Source: Candidatus Hermodarchaeota archaeon (GTDB lineage: Archaea; Asgardarchaeota; Lokiarchaeia; Sigyniarchaeales; SOKP01). Taken from it: 64,000 nt of DNA. Positions 59,903 to 64,000 of the stretch are shown here, one piece after another. The translations under genes were made by a program, and so were the position numbers. Positions within the stretch are counted from its first letter, which is position 1. Each line of letters opens with the position of its first letter. The DNA lies in NCBI GenBank assembly GCA_048885525.1, contig JBHLLP010000012.1, positions 1-64,000 on the forward strand, in the 5' to 3' direction. The notes beneath the pieces are model-generated. The model was not told the DNA's origin, made no database searches, and worked only from the letters and a program-made list of their open reading frames with translations.

Positions 59903-61993
59903 CTAGGATACATCTTTAATATAGATCTGATTAATTTGATCCAAGAGAGGTTCATTCTTGTATATAATGTTGAATATGTTCTTAATTTCATCTAAAGTAG
60001 GCTCCAGCTCTTCTATTAAGTACGTTTCATAATTATCAATCTTATATCGCGGTATGAGGTACTTAAATTGAATGTTTTTCAGTTCTATTTTCGAGTATAA
60101 GAATTCTCTTATAAAACTGAAATCAATATTAGATTCTAAATATAACTCATCTAAATATATTAGTTTTACTAAGGAATTACATAATTTTATAAAAAATCGT
60201 AATAATCTTTTAAGTTCCAGTTGATATTTTTGATTTAGAAATTTTAGATCTAGAGTTCTATAGATAAATTTTGAACTTAGATCATAATGCAATTGAGATA
60301 AAATTTGAATAATTTTTCCACAATTGGATAATGATAAAGGAAGATTTTTTGGTATTGGCAATCTTCTTATAAAACTTCCATTGAATCTTAAATAGCCACC
60401 GGCCATGTGAAGAGAACTAAATAATGTTTTAAATACAGTATCTAATAGTGTTGAGTTCAATAATGCTAAGAGACAATATAACTGCTGAGTATTTATCGAA
60501 GGGATCCTCATTAAATATAAACCAGTTATATTAGCAAAGATTCCAGGGTCATACACACAGGTTAATTCTTTGGCAATTTCTCTAAAAATAATTTTTTCAT
60601 TTTTTAGGTCCTGCCAAATAGGATTAAAAGTAGGATTATAATTAAAATAACAGATTTCAAGATCTCTCTTAGCTATCTTTATCCTTTTATTAAATTTAAG
60701 ATAATATTTGTCGACATTTCCTGTCCCAATTAATAGTAAATCAAGATCAGATTGGGGTTCATCGCTGATATTATCAAAATATTTGCCATATTTTAAAAAA
60801 CCAAAAGGGCGATATATAATTTTCAAATCTTTGAAAGTTTCAGATAACGTTTTAAAGTTTCTAAACAAGTATGAAATTATGTTAATATTTCCTGAGATCG
60901 GTATTACTTTTGACGGGAATATATTGATTAGATTTTGATTGAATTTTATTATCTTTATACTATTATTTTCATTTAACTCATTTAGGTTATTAAAAGCTTT
61001 AACATTCACCTCATGTTCCTTTTTTTGCTTAACCTTTTTTAGCGATAAAATAATTGGATATGTAGCTACATTTTGAAATATAGATATCGACGATATATTT
61101 ATGATTTCTTTAATTTCTGATTTATTTAATATTAACTCTCTAATTTTGATACCATAATCAGCAGATAAGAATTTATTAGGTAAAATGAATGAAAGATATC
61201 CATTACTTTCTAATAATTCTAACGCTCTCTCAATAAAGAGGATTGAAAGATCAAATAAACGATAGGCTGTTTTATATCTTTTAGTTAAATTGTTCTTGAA
61301 TTCAATTGGTTTTATCTTTTTATTTTCTACATAAGGAGGATTTCCAATTATTATATCGAATTTATCAGAATTAAACTCTAAAAGAAAATCTAAATTAAAA
61401 AGATTAAAACTTAGATTTAAGAGCTCAATGATTTGGTTAAAATTTGTGATTTTTATGTTTTTAAAATTATCATTTTGAAATGTAAAGTTATTGTTATCTG
61501 TTATTAAAAGCCATTTAATTAATCGCAGTTTTGAGATAAGAATACCTGATTTTTCAATTTCAATTCCATACAGATTTTTTTCAATTATTAATTTCTTTAT
61601 ATCAAAATCAGATAATTTTGGCTCTAACATTCTATAAATATAATACAATTTTTCAGCTATAGATACTAAAAATCTCCCAGAGCCACAAGAAGGGTCTAGA
61701 ATCCTTATATTTTTAATTATTTTAATTAAATTCTCTTTAGTTTTTAGATTTTTAATTAGTGTATGAATAACTTCTTCTAAATCCGATCCATTTTTAATTT
61801 CTTTATTAAAAGAAACAAATTTTTCGAAATAGATTCTAAAGATCTTAGTTACTATATAATCTACAACTTGGTTCGGTGTATAGATTATTCCAAGATTCCG
61901 ACTCTTATCCTTTTCGAGAAATTTTTCATTTTCAAATCTCTCAATTCGTTTCTCAATATTATTTAATAATTTTTTAACTACTGATCCTTCCAT
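59903..61993 (-). CDS. N6-adenine DNA methyltransferase (Eco57I/TaqI-like gamma class) with target-recognition domain
   Basis: YTP, LDPSCGSG.FL, IIGNPPY, F.ER..LL..G..FI.PNKF, LLALLNS. Confidence 0.9.
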   Translation of the reverse strand: MEGSVVKKLLNNIEKRIERFENEKFLEKDKSRNLGIIYTPNQVVDYIVTKIFRIYFEKFVSFNKEIKNGSDLEEVIHTLIKNLKTKENLIKIIKNIRILDPSCGSGRFLVSIAEKLYYIYRMLEPKLSDFDIKKLIIEKNLYGIEIEKSGILISKLRLIKWLLITDNNNFTFQNDNFKNIKITNFNQIIELLNLSFNLFNLDFLLEFNSDKFDIIIGNPPYVENKKIKPIEFKNNLTKRYKTAYRLFDLSILFIERALELLESNGYLSFILPNKFLSADYGIKIRELILNKSEIKEIINISSISIFQNVATYPIILSLKKVKQKKEHEVNVKAFNNLNELNENNSIKIIKFNQNLINIFPSKVIPISGNINIISYLFRNFKTLSETFKDLKIIYRPFGFLKYGKYFDNISDEPQSDLDLLLIGTGNVDKYYLKFNKRIKIAKRDLEICYFNYNPTFNPIWQDLKNEKIIFREIAKELTCVYDPGIFANITGLYLMRIPSINTQQLYCLLALLNSTLLDTVFKTLFSSLHMAGGYLRFNGSFIRRLPIPKNLPLSLSNCGKIIQILSQLHYDLSSKFIYRTLDLKFLNQKYQLELKRLLRFFIKLCNSLVKLIYLDELYLESNIDFSFIREFLYSKIELKNIQFKYLIPRYKIDNYETYLIEELEPTLDEIKNIFNIIYKNEPLLDQINQIYIKDVS

Positions 61994-62104
61994 TGAAATT
62001 ATATTATGTATTTTAAATTTCTTTATTTATAAAAAGAAAAGTAACTATAATAAAAATAATAGAGTTATTAAAAAGATAATTAAAGGAAAACAACCAGATC
62101 AATT

Positions 62105-63010
62105 TTGAATTTTGTAGACAATTCAGCTTTATATGAATTAATAAATAACCCACAGAAAATCTCTGCACTAAAATTTGATATTATTTTAAATATCATAAAG
62201 ACATTTAAATGTATTTTAGAAAAAGAAAATTTACTCTTGGAGGTTAATTTTAAAGAAAAAAAGGAAGAAGCTTATGTAATAGGGGATATACATGGAAATT
62301 TGGAGACTTTAACAAAATTGATTGAAATAATTAACCATAAAAATCCAAAAATCATCATTTTTTTAGGAGACATTGTCGATCGTGGACCAAAACAATTTGA
62401 ATGCTTAATGATAGTCTTAATTTTAAAGATTCTTCACCCATCAAAATATTATTTATTAAGAGGAAATCATGAAACATTAGAAATGAATGAATATTACGGT
62501 TTCTTTCAGGATTTTATTTCAAGATTTAAAAATCAGAGCAAATTCAATGAAATTTTGAGTATTTATAATCTAATACCGATATGTGCATTAATTAATAAAG
62601 CAATATTATGTTTGCATGGAGGGATTCCAGAGGATTTTGACATTTTAAAAAAATTGCAAGGTCAAAGATGCATGAACTTTAAAGAAGTTTTCAATTTAAA
62701 TATGCAAGGGATTTATCAAATTATGTGGAATGATCCTAAATCTGGATTAGAAGGATTTTCAGACAGTTTTAGAGGTCCAGGAATTAAATTTTTTGGATAT
62801 GATGTTTTTGAAAATTTTATGAAATATAACAATCTTAAATACATAATTAGATCACATGAATGTTTTTCTGAAGGATATCGATGGTTTTTTAACAAAAGAT
62901 TATTATCTATATTTTCATCCGCAAATTATCGAGGATTTTATAGTCCAAATCCCGCATCTTATGCAATAATAAGAAATAATGAAATAGTTCCAAAATTATT
63001 GGTTTTATAA
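62105..63010 (+). CDS. PPP-family Ser/Thr protein phosphatase
   Basis: GDIHG, GDIVDRG, RGNHE, LHGG, WNDP, RG.G..FG, IRSHE, FSSANY. Confidence 0.95.
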   Translation: MNFVDNSALYELINNPQKISALKFDIILNIIKTFKCILEKENLLLEVNFKEKKEEAYVIGDIHGNLETLTKLIEIINHKNPKIIIFLGDIVDRGPKQFECLMIVLILKILHPSKYYLLRGNHETLEMNEYYGFFQDFISRFKNQSKFNEILSIYNLIPICALINKAILCLHGGIPEDFDILKKLQGQRCMNFKEVFNLNMQGIYQIMWNDPKSGLEGFSDSFRGPGIKFFGYDVFENFMKYNNLKYIIRSHECFSEGYRWFFNKRLLSIFSSANYRGFYSPNPASYAIIRNNEIVPKLLVL

Positions 63011-63092
63011 AACTATGATAAATCATAGATTCATTAATTTGGGAAATTTGATGCTAAACATAAGGAATAAGTAACACAAATTCCCTATAAGA

Positions 63093-63356
63093 TTAAGTAA
63101 TTTGAGAAGCATCTGGCTTAATAAATAAGAGATTATTACCTCGAATAAATATCTCGTTGTATTTAGCCACAGGAGTTCCTTCTAATAACTCCGTAGCCTC
63201 TTCAAGAATCATATTCATGTATGCATCTATTTCCTTTAATAATCCTCTATATTCAGTTCCATCTTTTAATCTGAGAAGTATAGTTGAACCTTGCGCATTC
63301 TGGAGTATTGTTAACGGATTCTTTGACCTTTGCTGAGTATTATTTTTATTTGACAT
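63093..63356 (-). CDS. Sm/LSm-like protein (SmAP)
   Basis: P..L..G..I..LKDG.EY.G.L..D.YMN..L, IFIRGNN. Confidence 0.93.
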   Translation of the reverse strand: MSNKNNTQQRSKNPLTILQNAQGSTILLRLKDGTEYRGLLKEIDAYMNMILEEATELLEGTPVAKYNEIFIRGNNLLFIKPDASQIT

Positions 63357-63479
63357 TTTTAATTCTTATATCAAAAAATTATTATTATATTTATTGAAAA
63401 GATAATTTAAAGATAGAATTTTTTGAATTAAAACCTTACGACATAAAAAATAAGAGCTAAAATTTATTTGGTTATCATT

Positions 63480-64000
63480 GTGGAAGAACACTTTAAAAAT
63501 AAAAATAAAAAGAAAACCATAATAGAAAAATACAATTCATCATCGCATTTTTATGACAAAAGGTACAAGGCACTACAAAAAGAAAAATATGAAATAATAT
63601 TAAAAAACTACATAGCTAATGGAAAAACTATCTTAGATCTAGGGTGTGGTACTGGTTTATTTTTTGAATATATAGTATTATCGTTAAAGAAGCAACATGA
63701 AATAAGAATTAACTACATAGCATTAGATATCTCTAGGAATATGCTATTACGTTTCAAATCCAAGGTTATATTTCATAATATAAAATCTATAAATTTGATA
63801 CTATCAGATATTGAACATTTACCTTTCAGAGATAATATTTTTCATTCAATTTTTTCAATTACTTCTTTCCAAAATTTACCACATATTCAGATTGGAATCA
63901 GAGAATCATTTAGGGTAAGTAAAAATAATGCAGAGTATAAATTTTCAATATTAAGAAAAAAAATAGAATTGCAATTGTTATTAAAAATATTTAAACCTAA
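63480..64000 (+). CDS. Class I SAM-dependent methyltransferase (runs off the window end)
   Basis: Translated by hand from GTG at 63480: ..YDKRY..ILDLGCGTG..LDIS.NML..DIEHLPFRDN.F. Absent from the ORF track because it is incomplete. Confidence 0.85.
   Translation, partial: MEEHFKNKNKKKTIIEKYNSSSHFYDKRYKALQKEKYEIILKNYIANGKTILDLGCGTGLFFEYIVLSLKKQHEIRINYIALDISRNMLLRFKSKVIFHNIKSINLILSDIEHLPFRDNIFHSIFSITSFQNLPHIQIGIRESFRVSKNNAEYKFSILRKKIELQLLLKIFKP

Noticed and set aside
1647-60938. Numerous 60-165 aa ORFs overlapping longer genes (e.g. 24414..24821, 34493..34990, 47161..47508)
   Set aside because: They are antisense or alternative-frame shadows of well-supported CDSs and show no motifs.

Overview
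This is an AT-rich, gene-dense window from an archaeon that is almost certainly Asgard (Lokiarchaeia/Promethearchaeota). The assignment rests on archaeal information-processing genes (Rpo3/RpoD, eL18, uL13, uS9, thermosome, TrmI, Sm/LSm, archaeal TrpRS and GlyA), four small-GTPase-fold proteins, a 7TM-longin fusion, a TPR-zinc-finger protein and a Loki-CTERM-type sorting signal. About 1-23 kb is accessory: secreted or anchored hydrolases, a duplicated Ntn-hydrolase, regulators with visible operators, and a transporter. About 23.8-31 kb holds an hdrA::mvhD-hdrC-hdrB-metV-metF-lrp operon, an acetogen-type, probably electron-bifurcating methylene-tetrahydrofolate reductase. About 31-64 kb is mostly housekeeping. 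The best candidate for an undescribed system is at 55.7-58.3 kb: a circularly permuted ATP-grasp ligase with TTL/YheCD-like motifs, translationally coupled to an M14-type carboxypeptidase. This resembles a writer/eraser pair for peptide tagging. Other points of note are a GTPase-winged-helix fusion whose P-loop lies upstream of any canonical start codon (probable ATT start) and which carries a Q-to-L change in switch II, a P-loop-less pseudo-GTPase, and a 12-bp coding tandem repeat that creates N-glycosylation sequons. I found no tRNA, rRNA or CRISPR array. All assignments come from motif recognition by eye; no searches were run.
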